A stretch of 64,000 nucleotides of DNA, taken from the NCBI RefSeq assembly GCF_006345805.1, contig NC_043008.1:16368001-16432000 (forward strand). The letters are read 5' to 3'. The DNA comes from Octopus sinensis (taxonomy: Eukaryota). Below, in pieces: positions 13,537 through 27,515 of the stretch. The position numbers and the translations under genes were made by a program. A model generated the notes under the pieces. It was given only the letters and a program-made list of their open reading frames with translations, was not told where the DNA came from and made no database searches. Positions within the stretch are counted from its first letter, which is position 1. The number at the start of each line of letters is the position of its first letter.

Positions 13537-13769
13537 AAGGCGGCGAGCTGGCAGAAACGTTAACGCGTCGGGCGAAATGCGTAGCTGTATTTCGACTGCC
13601 GTTACGTTCTGAGTTCAAATTCCACCGAGGTCGACTTTGCCTTTGGTCCTTTCGGGGTCGATAAATAACGTACTAGTTTCACAATGGGATCGATGTAATC
13701 GACTTAATCCGTTTGTCTGTCCTTGTTTGTCCCTTCTGTGATTAGCCCATTGTGGGTAGTAAAGAAATA
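13537..13769 (+). mobile_element. SINE family B, full length, 16 bp TSD
   Basis: Head GGCGGCGAGCTGGCAGAAACG, B box GAGTTCAAATTCC. TSD TATACTCATAGCGTGA at 13521-13536 and 13770-13785. Confidence 0.92.
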
Positions 13770-14492
13770 TATACTCATAGCGTGAGGCCGTTCACGAAAT
13801 CCACTCTACGAAATTGGAAATATATAAACTACTTTGAATTGAGGACAGAAATACTATTAAATACAAATGAAATGGAAAATTTATGAGGCAACATGAAAAG
13901 ATGCAAACAACATAAATAAAATATAGATAAGACATCAATAAAAATATAACATGCATGAATGAATTTAAAGAAAAAGTTTTTCAGGAAATATACCAGCATA
14001 ATCATGTATAAGGTCTCGTAAAATCTGAGCTCGTATACAGATAGCAAATTATATAAACCAAAACCCATGGCTATTTGCAAACAATGCACAGCTCATAACA
14101 AAATTTATAGCAGTAATGTAAACGGGAAATAAAACGGACAGGAAGGGGCAGTCGACCTAAAAAATAAAGTAGTTCAGAATGATACAACATATCAGGCAAA
14201 AATCTTACCTACACATCAGTAATAGCAACTGAGTGAAAACGAAAACCCTACATTCTGAACCACCTTTATTTTCTGAGAGAAATACCTGACACGCAGACAT
14301 GGTTTCAGTATACCTTGAAATGGTAAGTAAACCAGAATTAAAACACGTCTCTACGCCCAGGGTAGAAAAGCATTAATTCCTCAAGTGAAAATTGATAAAA
14401 ACACCGTCTATAAAATGCTTCCCGGCATTATGTAAAACCTTTAATTTCTTGTCGAATTTCTCACCTGGAGAGCAACAAGACGTTTGCTGACT

Positions 14493-14886
14493 GGATGGAA
14501 GCACTCCGTCGGTTACGACGATGAGGGTTCCGGTTGATCCGAATCAACGGAACAACCTGCTATTGAATTTAATGTGTAAGTGGCTGAGCACTCCACAGAC
14601 ACGTGCACCCTTAACGTAGTTCTCGGGGATATTCAGCGTGACACAGAGAGTGACAAGGCCGGCCCCTTGAAATACAGGCACAACAGAAACAGGAAGTAAG
14701 AGTGAGAGAAAGTTGTGGTGGTGAAAGAGTACAGCAGGGATCACCACCATCCCCTGCCGGAGCCTCGTGGAGAGCTTTAGGTGATTTCGCTCAATAAACA
14801 CTCACAACGCCCGGTCTGGGAATCGAAACCGCGATCCTATGACCGCGAGTCCGCTGCCCTAACCACTGGGCCATTGCGCCTCCACT
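14493..14886 (-). mobile_element. tRNA-derived SINE family C, full length, 11 bp TSD
   Basis: Minus-strand head GGCGCAATGGCCCAGTGGTTAGGGCAGCGGACTCGCGGTC...GGTTTCGATTCCC. TSD GTTTGCTGACT at 14482-14492 and 14887-14897. Confidence 0.92.
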
Positions 14887-15409
14887 GTTTGCTGACTAGA
14901 AACACTGGTGTTGAAAATGGTTGTATATAAATTACTGGATAAATGAAATGTAATACACAAATATTATTAATTAATGAAATGTTTGACAGTATAACACAAT
15001 GACAGAGACTGGATATAATTCACAGTTTTCACTCTCGATTGCACTGCGTATGTTTATGTGTTTGTATTAGACGCCAATTTTATGGCACGTTGCCATGTGT
15101 TTGCTTAGAACCATTGGCACTTTACTAAATCCCTTATTTCTAATGTCAGCAGCAATAGAACTGTTTGCGCTGGGTGTATAAAGTTTTGCTTGGCTTTTGG
15201 TATCGTTATTTTTGTTGCGTATTGTGACGTCTGTGTATTTTCTTCTACAATTTTTGGTTTGTTAGAGGCTTAGGAAATTATGTATTGTACGACCGATTAA
15301 CACGTAGCTACATCCTCTTCCCTCTTCTGGCATCTTATTGCTTTCCTATCATTATTTCCTGCAATAATCAATGGTTTTCTTGCAAGTAGGCAAACTAATA
15401 TTTGTTTAC

Positions 15410-15745
15410 ACGCATGGTTGTTTGGTAAGAAGCTTGCTTCCCAACCACATGGTTCTGGGTTCAGTCTCACTGCTTGGCACCTCGAGCTAGCGAGTGGATC
15501 AGTTTTGTAAACGGAAATTGAAAGAAGTCCGTCGTATATATTATTTGTGTGTTCGTTTGTTCCCCTACCATCGCTTGACAACTGATGTTCGTATATTTAC
15601 GTCCCGGTGAACTAGCGGTTCGACAAAAGGACCGATAGAATAATTACTAGGCTTACACAAAATAAGTCGATTTCTTTGTCTAAAACCATTTCAGATGGTG
15701 TTGCAGCATGGCTTCAGTCAAATGACTGAAACAAGTGAAAGAATA
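15410..15745 (+). mobile_element. SINE family A, diverged copy
   Basis: CCAACCACATGGTTC...CAGTCAAATGACTGAAACAAG match other family A copies. Confidence 0.8.
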
Positions 15746-16302
15746 AACAAATTGAAAATGTATAGTTGTTTTTAACTGAACATTTTCAATGTTACTGTTA
15801 AACTTTATAAAGAAATTGTTTTTGCATTTAATCTTTTAGTTCTTATTACTGCTTTTGCTTCTCTGTTCCTCGCGGCGGCCGTTTTGTTGGAAGTGTTCTT
15901 CTTAATAATTAGAGAATACTGCTAAAAGAAAAAAAAAAAACACGAGAAAGAATGATTCAGTAGTTGTTACTGAACTTTGTGACAAGAGACCAATAAAAAG
16001 GCATCGGTTTGAATATATGAAGGCTTGAATGATATATGAAATGCCGCTTTATTTATATCCTACATGGTTCGATGATGGTCGAGTACTACATATGGTATAA
16101 TACACTAGACTACTATTTTAGCAGAGGTTGACTTTGGAGGTGAGAAATTGTTGAGGAGTGTTTGGAATGTCTCTGTATTACTCCGAGTACAAAAACTCTC
16201 ATAAAAACACTAGTTGGTATCTCGTTGAATTTCTAAAATGAAATGAATTATGTGTTTGTGAGAGAAAGTTTGATTGAGAGAGAAAGAGCGTGTGTGTGTG
16301 TC

Positions 16303-16333
<31 letters not shown>

Positions 16334-16635
16334 AAGAAAGAGATAGGAAGAGAGAAAGAGAGAGGTATCCGCCTTCTTACAACAACAGCAGTTGAAATCT
16401 GGAGTGATATATTTCATTTCGCTTTCAACCTAAGCTGGTTCGAAGGCACGCGAAGACGATTCTTTCATTCAAGTTAATATTCTTCAAAGTACAGGTTTCA
16501 AAAATATTTTTTTTCTATTTGAACCTTAAGGAGCAGGAAATAAAAATCATTATTCCGGAGGTTTGTATGGTTTCGCAAGAAAATAGCAACGTAATTTACT
16601 CTAACAAATTCTTTTAAATGGTAAACAGAAAAATA

Positions 16636-17020
16636 AGTCGTGGCACTCCGTCGGATACGACGACGAGGGTTCCAGTTGATCTGATCGACGGAACAGTCTG
16701 CTCGTGAAATGAACGTGCAAGTGGCTGCGCACTCCACAGACACGTGTACTTTGAACGCAGTTCTTGGAGAGATTCAGTATAACACAGACTGTGAAAAGGC
16801 TGGCCCTTTGAAATACAGGTACAAAAGAAACAGGAAGATAGAGTGAGAGAGAGTTGTGGTGAAAGAATAGAGCATGTTTCGTCACCACCCCGTGCTGAAC
16901 CTTGTGGTGCTTTAGGTATTTTTGCTCAATAAACACTCACAACACGCGGTCTGGGAATGGTAACTGCGATGCTATGACTGCGAGTCCGCTGCCCTAACCA
17001 CTGCTCCATTGCGCCTCCAC
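16636..17020 (-). mobile_element. SINE family C with TSD
   Basis: Colinear with 14493-14886; flanking repeat (AC)AGAAAAATA at 16625-16635 and 17019-17029. Confidence 0.88.
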
Positions 17021-17200
17021 AGAAAAATATGTATAATATAGGTGAATACACAAACTGATAACGATAATTGTTCCTAGTATAGACACAATGTCTAAGGTTC
17101 TGGTGGAAGGGTTATCGATACAGTAATTGACTTGTACTTCATGTTGTTGACGCTGAAAGGGTGAAAGGCAATGTAGACCTCGGTGGAATTTTAACACATA

Positions 17201-17611
17201 CTCTCTTTTACTTGTTTCAGTCATTTGACTGCGGCCATGCTGGAGCACCACCTTTAGTCGAGCAAATCGACCCCAGGACTTATTCTTTGTAAGCCTAGTA
17301 CTTATTCTATCGGTCTCTTTTTGCCGAACCCCTAAGTGACGGGGACGTAAACACACCAACATCGGTTGTCAAGTGACGGTGGGGGGACAAATACAGACAC
17401 ACAAACATATACACACATATACATATATGTATATATATACATATATACGACAGACTTCTTTCAGTTTCCGTCTACCAAATCCACTCACAAAGCATTGGTC
17501 GGCCCGAGGCTATAGCAGAAGACACTTGCCCAAGATGCCACGCAGTGGGACTGAACCCAGAACCACATGGTTGGTTAGCAAGCTACTTACCACACAGCCA
17601 CTCCTGCGCCT
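17201..17611 (-). mobile_element. SINE family A, full length
   Basis: Reverse complement of the 2039-2478 pattern, with intact head and tail. Confidence 0.9.
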
Positions 17612-18469
17612 ATAGTGTAGAGTCGGAAGAAAAGCTGCTAAGTTTTTTTTCTGGCATTCTAACAATTCTAGTAGTTCAATGTCTTACAATAATTGCTTTC
17701 AATTCTGGTCCTATGCTAGCAATTATTAGGGATAGACAGGCTCAAAAACTTTGACCGCAGAACGTGTCTGGTATTTTATGCTAATGAACTCGAAAGAATG
17801 AGAGGCACACAGGTCTTCGGCGAGAACCGAACTGTGAATATAAGAGCGGGAACAAAATACAGCAAAATAATTTGTGTTTTCCTAGGCACCTAACCGTTCT
17901 GCCAAATGATGTATAAATAAATACATGCAACCTTCGTGATTTGGATGTAAGAATCACCATGAATTTACAGTATTCGCTATGCATCATCATAGCTTTATCT
18001 TCGCTACAACTGCGTGGGGTGTTGGTCAAAATTTCTACCATATTGTCTACGTTCAATAGTGAGCTACCTAATCAAGAAACCAATGAAAAATAGCTTTCTC
18101 CATTCAGTAGCTTTATGAGTGTTAGTGATACGTAATGTCTTTACCTATGTTACTAGGAAACTCGCCCGGGAAATTAACAGCAGTTTTTATCATAGCCGTT
18201 AGCGTCATTCAGCAAATTTGTAAACGTTATCAGTGCTAAGCAGAAGTGTTAGGAGACTTCACTGGAAGAGATATGGTATTATTAGTATAGGAGAGGTTTT
18301 AATTATCCTCTTTCTGCCTTCTAGTGATATGGTCATTTTCTATTGCGACATGACATGGATAATGAAGTCTTAGTGTTGGAGCTGCGATATAGTGTTGCTG
18401 CTTTTTTCTCGTATGCGTTGGTGTGAAATATTCCTTCTATATTTAAAATTGTTCTCTCACTTTTCTGCT

Positions 18470-18987
18470 TTTATTATTTCCCTTGTCCTTGATCTAGTCA
18501 TTGGACTGTGTCCACGCTGGGATTTTACCTTGAAGGGTTTAGTCGAACAAATCGGCCACCACCCCCGCAGTACTTACGTCTGAATCTGGTACTGGTTCTC
18601 TCGGTGACTTTTGTTGAATTGCTGGGACGTAAACACACTAACGCCGATTTACAAGTGATAGGTAGGGACAAACATAAACAAATACATACACGTGGGCCCG
18701 CACAAATACGCACACACACACAAACACATACACACATATATACACGTCGGACTTCGACACAGTCTCCGTCTACCAAATTCACTCACAAGAGAATAGAAAA
18801 TAATTTTACTACAAATGCACAAGAAAAAATATATATATAAGTAGGAGTGGCAGTGTGATAAGTAACTTGCTTATGATCCACATGGTTCCAGGTTCAGTCC
18901 CACTGGGCGAGTGTCTTCTACTATAGCCTCGGGCCGATCAAAGACTTGTGACTGGATTTGGTAGACGGAAACTTAAAGAAGTCCATC

Positions 18988-19039
<52 letters not shown>

Positions 19040-19258
19040 ACGTGTGTGTTTGTGTGAGTGTGAGTATATGTTTGTGTGTCTGTGTTTGTCCCCCCAACAT
19101 CGTCCCCGTAACTTAGCGGTTCGGCAAAAGAGACCGATAGAATATGTACTAGGCTTACAAAGAATATGTCCTGGGGTCGATATACTCGACTAAAGTCGGT
19201 GCTCCAGCATGGCCGCAGTCAAATGACTGAAACAAGTAAAAAAGAGAGTAAAAGAAAG
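18470..19258. mobile_element. Two divergent SINE A copies (18470-18790 minus, diverged; 18842-19258 plus)
   Basis: Family A motifs in opposite orientation about 50 bp apart. Confidence 0.8.
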
Positions 19259-20438
19259 TATATACAAGTTCATAGAGACCGGATTCCTGGTCTTCTTTTT
19301 TATTCGCAGTTGCTCACTGAAGTGAATCGTGAATGTTCTACTGTTTCTCTATAAAAACCACAGTATTTCCGTTATCCTTAATCTCTTGCGATAATGTTTA
19401 ATATTGCTCTCAGTGACTTCGGTTATTAGAACTGAAAATGTCGATATTTCCCTAATTAAATAAACACAATAATCAATGGAACGGTTATAATGATAACAAC
19501 TATGTCCATTCAGTTTCATTTTATACAAACCTATAGGAATATTATATGTTTATATATTTGGGTATGCTTCCAGCGTTTCGTTTTATTCGCTCTGTTTCTA
19601 AAATATTAGCGACTGAATGTTGATGACTAAGGCATTTGGCGTACTGACCACAGATCCCTTGGGAGTATTCCACTCGATATATTTTGATCAAATTTATTAT
19701 TTTTGGGCGCAAGGGTGGTTTACTAGTGGAGACTAATGGAATGTTAGAGTGACAGAGACCAACAGAAGAAAAGGACCAACTCGTAACTGATGTTGTCTTA
19801 ATAAGGACGTGTCGCACTACTCGTTGCATTGCCGAATTTGGTCAAAAACTTTAGAAAAGTATCATAAAACATTGTCTCTTCGTCGTTTGTATCGTCATGC
19901 CGCAAACGGAAGCAAGGGAACATGGAAAAGTGAACAGCGACGATCTGAGAGATTATGTACAAAAGCAGACATCATATGAAATTCCTTCCACTGTACAAGT
20001 TTACAAATGATTGTCACTTAATTTTATATAATAATGAAACAATTGTGTTGGTACCCTTGCTTGTCTTCTTTATTACCTTTAACAAGATAAAAGGTGAGTT
20101 GAAAGTATTATCTGTCTCGGTACGGCCTCACAAAATCGAAGTCTTTGTCCTTGAAGCAATCTTCAAGGTCAAAAAAGTTTCAGAGCAGTTGAGTAGCAGA
20201 ATGCCTTCAGGGAAGAAACCTTATTCAGGTAAGCATTTTGGCCCATAACCTCTTACAATCTAAGGAAACCAAGTTGCATGTAGGTCATGGATCCTGGGTT
20301 CCTTTGTGCTGACACCTTTCATCCACTTCGATATCGGAGGTTTGTGCATTTAAACCACAAAGTGATGTCATCTAGTTAATGCTCCTCACCGTTGCCTCTA
20401 CTTTCAAACACATATTTAATTAACACATATTTAATTAA

Positions 20439-20668
20439 GGCGGCGAGCTGGCTGAATCGTTAGCACGCCGGGCGAAATGCTTAGCGAGATTTCGGCTGCC
20501 TCTACGTTCTGAGTTCAAATTCCGCCGAGGTCGACCTTGCCTTTCATCCTTTCGGGGTCGCTTAAATAAGTACCAGTTACGCACTGGGGTCGATATAATC
20601 GACTTAATCCGTTTGTCTTTCCTTGTTTGTCTTCTCTGTGTTTAGCCCCTTGTGGGTAGTAAAGCAAT
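20439..20668 (+). mobile_element. SINE family B, full length, with TSD
   Basis: Matches 13537-13769. ACATATTTAATTAA occurs at 20410-20423, 20425-20438 and 20669-20682. Confidence 0.92.
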
Positions 20669-20829
20669 ACATATTTAATTAACATTATATCGTTAGTAAC
20701 GAGATAGCGGTAAATCGTCGTGAGTTTCAAAGTTACTACCATAGCTCTCTCAGAGTTACTTCCCTTGATGTTAAAATGCAAACATGTAGCCCTCAAACGG
20801 TACAGTGCCGTTTTTCTTCTACCTCAGCG

Positions 20830-22050
20830 TGATCCAGCTGGATCACCTCTTCACTTTCTTTGATATTACCTTTAAGAATTTCGTCTGTTTTTTCTCAGAG
20901 AAAGAGACATTCTTATGAGATCTTAAGTAGATGTGCCCACAAAACTTCTAGATCCAACCTATATAGCGGAAATATTGACATGGAAGACGGATTACCTTAT
21001 GCTGCTGGTTAAACTGCCATACTTTTCGCTCTGTGACACCTGTACTTTTTTATATATTGCTTTCAAATTGCACGGAGAATTTAATCAAAATCAGTTGCTT
21101 TGATGAATAAGAATGGAAAACGATATCCAGCCTCAAGCCACTCTTCTTGGGCACACTCAATCGATCGCACTACCTAGTAGTCTTCCTTCTCAGGATCCAT
21201 ATGACATGGCAAATCCTGACCAAACTTTGCTTCTTTCTACCGCACAGAATGATGAAGGAGATTTTGGTGCTATGATTTTAATTTGGCCGTACATATCACG
21301 TGTACGTTTTAGTTAGATCTTGATTGTGCCTCCATATGTGCCTTCCTCGGGCTAGTGCTTCACTGCAGACAGTAGAATGTTTTTCTACTGTCCATTTACC
21401 CCGCAGACCAGACAGACAGAACTACATAATTTGCCTCACTTTACTTCATTCGTATTCAAAGGCAGGATACTTTAGACAGATCTGAAAATAAAGCTTATTT
21501 TAAGAGGCACCATATGCCACAGGTAACTCTACTAGAGATACTTCTATATGTAGCCTCCCATATAGTCCACTGGCCCTGTTGACTCTGATGTACTGCTTTC
21601 CGAGTTGTTATAGCATCATCTCCCTTTTTTCACTTTCTCTAGAGTCAGATCTCTTCTCATCTTTCGTCTGGCGTCCGAGGACCCAGTCTCTGCCTATTGG
21701 CTAGATCCGGGCTTAACAAAAATATAGTCACCGTAAAGCTTTTCTCTGCTGTGTCCACCGCATTGTGTACATTTCATATCCTACCTATCTTCCCTTTGTG
21801 CCAGGTTGTTCTCACGAACAAGTCTTCCGAGTCTGCAAGTATAGCCTTGCTTTTACGACTTTGTACTCTACAACGATGGAACTGAGTGTAGTCCTGGCGA
21901 CATTAGAGTGCAGCGTAAGTGAAACCTCTAGAACAAGCCACTTTATTGTGTACTTGTTGGATTTGGCCTCCATTTCCTCCACAAATTTTAGACGAACTGA
22001 TGGAAGTCCGTGCGAGTTACAATATCCCTGGCGAATGACAATGTTGTGGA
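20830..22050 (-). mobile_element. Decayed non-LTR retrotransposon with restriction-like endonuclease (HERO/NeSL-like), 3' part
   Basis: Minus-strand peptides in the expected order, broken by stops and frameshifts: LSSIVVEYKVVKARL, KAVHQSQQGQWTIWE, SVCLVCG (Zn knuckle), GLRLDIVFHSYSSKQLILIKFSVQFE (RPD...ELTVPWE-like), AI*VGSRSF. Confidence 0.7.
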
Positions 22051-23633
22051 GAACTTAAAACGGAAATTTCAAAAGAGAAGAAATGCAACTTTTCAGGTCA
22101 TATGTTCTTTTTGCATGGCAGAAATAAACTAATTGGCTTGTTAATGTTGTAATGGCCTGTTCCAGCGATGTTAGGGATAGAAGTTTAAACTATGAAATTT
22201 GTTGGATTTTAGCCATGAAGAAAGGGGACAGAGCGCAACTGAACTGAATAAATTTATCGAAAGAACGGAGATTAGAACATTGACAATGACACAACAGATT
22301 GTGTATCATTGTAAATATACCATTTACAAGTGCAACGATAGATAAGCTCCTTGACAGACATCATAAATTAATTCAAGGTCTAGGTAAAATCTCTTTTGAA
22401 AATTCTGATTATTCTATAGAGTTACGTCGATGCTTGTACACTACTGTCAATTATCATCTTTCCTCTTCACATGAAATACTAAGATCAAGTACAAGGAAAT
22501 GCTGACATTTTAATTGTATGTTTTATATTTTTGCTTTCTAACGAATAATGTTTTCAATATATGTAATTCAATATGCATATCACACAGATTTCTCTCGAAT
22601 CTGGCGTATGTAGAGCATATTTGCTCTGTTACTGGTTCCGTATATATATTTTTTTCGGAGCTGTTAAGCCAGATTCTGATAAAATATCGTGGGAAATACA
22701 ATACGAAGCCGAAATTTATAATCTACATTGTACGAGATTCAGATATATATGCCACATGTCTATTGGTGATTCGTTCTGATCCATGGAGAATATAAAAACA
22801 GCTTCTGCTGCTCTTTTTATTTGGTTATTTATATATATATATATTTAAAAAAAATTTTTTGCTGGATTTGTAAATACAGGCAATTCATTTACTTTTTATT
22901 ATATATTAAAAAAATCCAATTCAAAAAAAATATTGTACTTTTAACGACATGATCTCGTTTTTTTGGGGGTTTTTTTTTCACCACAGGGAACATACCTGCC
23001 ATATGCAATATTGATATTTTTGCCAGTGTTCTTTTAACATTTATTTGAAGTAAACCTGGAATTATTTTTGTTTTTCTTTTTAATAAGTTCTATGTATCTT
23101 TCGAAAGTTGATCTCAATTTTTGTTTCAAGGAAGGACTTATATAACTTTCAAATCATCAGTTATGCAACTAATCATTTTCACAAACTGAATGCACAAAAC
23201 AGGTAAAACTACAAAAAATACTGATAAAAATACTTTGAAATACCTGGAATAAAGCCAACAAGTTTTAATGGGCGAGAAACAGTCGATAACAGTGACCTGA
23301 GTTCTTCCCTAATACTTTATTGTAATTAACATGAAAGGATGAAAAGTAAAGTTGACCTCAACGGGATGGTGAATTCAGCACATAAAGAGCCGGAAGAAAT
23401 GCTGCTCAGCATTTTGTTCGACGCTCTGAAGATTCACCCAGCTCGCCGCTGGAATAATGATGGTAATAGTACCAATAAAAATGATAGTGATGGATGCATA
23501 TAAGCATGGTATGAAATAATATTCACTGATTTTCCTGCGACATAAGATAGCAACAGAGAAATTATCGTTTGCAAACAACTGGAAAAATATCATCTGAAAC
23601 AAAGAATTGGACGTTGTACCTGTTGTGAAAATA

Positions 23634-24176
23634 TCGGGTTGCCCGGAAAGTTCGTGTCAATTATTTTAGAACATGGTTGTGTCCATAAAATAGGATTTGA
23701 CTACACCTCCATTTAGAACATAGTTTAAGCTAAATTTTCGTGGAATAAGGTTTGTGTTCCTGTAACCTGTGTTAATTCTGTAACCCTTTAAAATGGAAGA
23801 TAAGAAAGTTCATTTTCGGCACTTGATGCTTTGGGAACCAGACAAAAATTGCTGCAGCTCGGCTGGGATGTGTTACCCCACCCTCTATATTCACTAGATA
23901 TTGCTCTTTCGGATTTCCACTTATTCAGGTCTCTGCAGATTAGTCTTAATGGTAAACATTTCAACTTCTTGGATGATGGAAAAAGATACCTTGATGAATT
24001 CTTTGCCATGAAATCACCTCAATTCTGGGAAGCGGGTATTTTCAAGTTAAAGGAAAGATGGAGACGCATTGTGCAACAAAATGATTCATATCTGGTTGAT
24101 TAAAAATGTAATGGCAAGTATTTATTGATCTTTTACTTTTCTTTAAAAATCGGCACGAATTTTCCGGACAAACCAA
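23634..24176 (+). mobile_element. Internally deleted mariner element (non-autonomous) with TIRs and TA TSD
   Basis: TIRs TCGGGTTGCCCGGAAAGTTCGTGTC and GGCACGAATTTTCCGGACAAACCAA, flanked by TA. ATG at 23793 (MEDKKVHFRHLMLW) joins out of frame to LGWDVLPHPLYSLDIALSDFHLFRSL...KLKERWRRIV, a degenerate YSPDLAPSD motif. Confidence 0.92.
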
Positions 24177-25531
24177 TATTAATCGTTACATCGCCAATGA
24201 CAGGACATACGTACTGTCTCTCGTGATTTTCCAGAAATGGCGGCCACACCAACCGCAAAGTACACACTTCAGTGAGGTTCTTCATTCTTCCTGAAGATAA
24301 TGATTATGGTCACGGAAGAAATATTTACTTAATCATATGATCTCAATCAGTTTTAAACCGATGCGAAATAATATTTATACCGCAGTGTTCGATATAACAA
24401 CTGAGCACGCGTAGAATCTATCAAAACGTGTTGAAAAAAACTGAAAGTATGTTTTGATAATGTAGATGTTTTATATATCTTGCCTGAAAAAGAGATCAAT
24501 CCGTCACAACTAAACAGTTTTGTTGATGGGACTGCTTATCGACTCTGGCTTGTCTGATGCAAACCAAGATACGGCTGTGGCAGTATCAACAAAATAAAAT
24601 ACTGGGTAAAAATTACACTATAATCGGGGACCAGATAACGTGGATGCAAAATAAAAGAAAAAAAAGAAGGAAATAGCTGTCATTGTATATTAGGCAAGAC
24701 ATTGTTTTTTACCAAATCTTTGATACTAGCGCAGATCTTGTTTTCATTAAATATAATCGTTTTTGATATAGGCGCAAAGTTTGAAGTTTTATGGGAAGCA
24801 ACCAGTCGATTTCTTCGAAATCAGAGCACAACTGGTTCATATTTCATCGATCACGAAGGTTGAAGTCAGAACGTCAAGACGGACAAAATACCGCTAAGCA
24901 TTTTGTCCGGCATGCCAACGATTCTGCCTGATCGCTATATATTTCTTTAGATATAATGCGCCAATAGTTGTTTGATATGGAATATTAAATTCAGTGTCGT
25001 ACTTGTTGGCAAGTGGTTCGGTAGTAGATCGTGTGTTTTAAGTGAAACAGTTAGAAGAGTCAATTTAACCATTTAAGAACACACAAAGACTGCTATATTT
25101 ACTTCTTGTCCTTTATTTCTTAATAATACAGTCTATTTCATATCTTCATGCCAAGAAAATTTTGTCAGACCTCTTGCGGCATGGTCATTCACACAATTCC
25201 ACTGCATCTGTAAAAAATCATTTACAGTCAAAGTTTTAACAATAAGCCTCGCGGATTTTCTTTCCTTCAGGTTCCCAACCATTTATGTTGAAGACTTAAC
25301 ATGTCAGTCCACTGTATTGTTGCTGTTTTTACATTTGCACATTTGACACATGGTCCCTTTGTGAATTTCAGGTTTCAATATTTGCTTTCTCTCCCTAAAT
25401 GCATTATAAATTTATTCATGCATTTATGCGTTTCATTAGAATTATTTCTTTTTCCAATAAGGAAAGTATATAAGCGCTATATAATCTTTCCTTATGGAAG
25501 CTGTTTATAAATTATTTGAAAGGTCGCCACA

Positions 25532-25582
<51 letters not shown>

Positions 25583-25656
25583 ATTATATATATATATGCA
25601 TACACATAAATCTGTATATACATATATATGTATATATATATATATATACACGCATG

Positions 25657-25696
<40 letters not shown>

Positions 25697-27361
25697 CGTG
25701 TGGTATATATATGTATATATATACATACATATGTGTATAGATATATATTTGTCCCGACACATATTTGAAATATTTGATTACACCACAAGTCTGTTGAAAT
25801 TAGATTTTTGCGAAGTTGATGTAGTTAACTTTCATGATATAAAACCAAATATATTGGACTAGATAGAACAAAAAATGTTTTAAACGGTATAACATCGAAC
25901 GGACATGCAAAAAATGTGTGTGGATATAAAGGTAAAAATAATTAGATAATAACCTTGGTGAAATAAACAGATAAAAATATAACATCTATCTATCAATCTA
26001 TATACCTGTGTCTTCTCTGAATGTATGTGTGTGTATATACATATATGTGTATATGTGTGCGTGTATGTGTATTTATATATAGGTGTGTATATATAAATAT
26101 AAATATATATATATATGTATGTATATATGTTTGTATTTATGTGTGTATATATGTATGAATTAGTTTAGATCCTGTCGATCGTGGTTATTAGTTCGGTAGC
26201 TTCTAGCATGTGATGGGCTGACAGCGTGTACTGTAAGTTTACTACTAAATTAATACACCCGTTTTATCATCTAATTAGTAATTCTAATAACTAAATCACA
26301 ATTGTTTAATGACATTAGCTATTCCATAACACTAACAACGTTAGTTACTTGACTGCATATCAAAATTGAAGAAAACAGATAGACAATAATAGTTTCATAC
26401 ATGTTACATTTGTTTTAATAACATAGCTATTTATTCATAATTGGTGCTTTACGCAATCAAAAATCATTTGCCATTTCATCAGTTGATAGAAATCGACTGC
26501 TCTGGAAACCATATGAAGATTATACTTCCTTCATATCAGTCATAGGAGTGTTTGAAAAGGGCAATTATCCATTGAAACATCGTTAATATAGTATTATCAT
26601 CTCATTCGTATTTTATATCAATTGAAATTTTTCATTATATTCCTAAATATTTTATCTGATATATTCAGTGAAGGTTTTTATCTAATGTAATTTATGCTTA
26701 TGTATTTTAATTATTTCTAATAATCATTTTAGAGTGAAACGGCAGTTGGTTCATCTGACATTACTTTCACTTAATCGTGGCTCCTAAAACAGTGCTTGTG
26801 TCAGAGGACTAGTCAAAAATTCTCGACGCGATTCAAAACAATTTCTGCCTTGTAGCCGTAAGGATACTGATGGTAGATGAATGTTAACCGCAGCTAATTT
26901 TTAAAAGTTGCCCATACTACATTAACGACATTTTATTGGATAAGTTCCATTTTCAAACTCTCCTAAGATTGATATGATCTGAGTACAATCTTTCTTTAGA
27001 TTTTCGGAGATCGATCCTCTTTGGAGTCATTTATTTAACAACTGATGACTGATGAATTGGTGTGTGATCTCTGATTGCGTAGTAAATAAAACATGCTATT
27101 GAAACATATATCTATGTTGCCTGTGTAGAACTGTTATTACCTATTCAGCTTCTTTAATACACACACACATATTTATATGCATATACATATATATACGTAC
27201 CTATATATATATATATGTGTATATATATATATACATATATACATAAATGCATATATACATACATATACATGTATGTATGCATATATATAATATATATATA
27301 ATATATATATATTATATATTATATATATACATGCATATATATATATATGTATGTATATATA

Positions 27362-27397
<36 letters not shown>

Positions 27398-27468
27398 CAT
27401 GCATATATATATATATGTATATATATAAATACACACACACACACACATACACACACACACACACACAC

Positions 27469-27515
<47 letters not shown>

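Noticed and set aside
14815-14886. tRNA-like sequences (also 5780-5855, 16945-17020, 35293-35365, 38018-38090)
   Set aside because: They are SINE heads continuous with SINE bodies, several with TSDs; no clean cloverleaf or acceptor stem.
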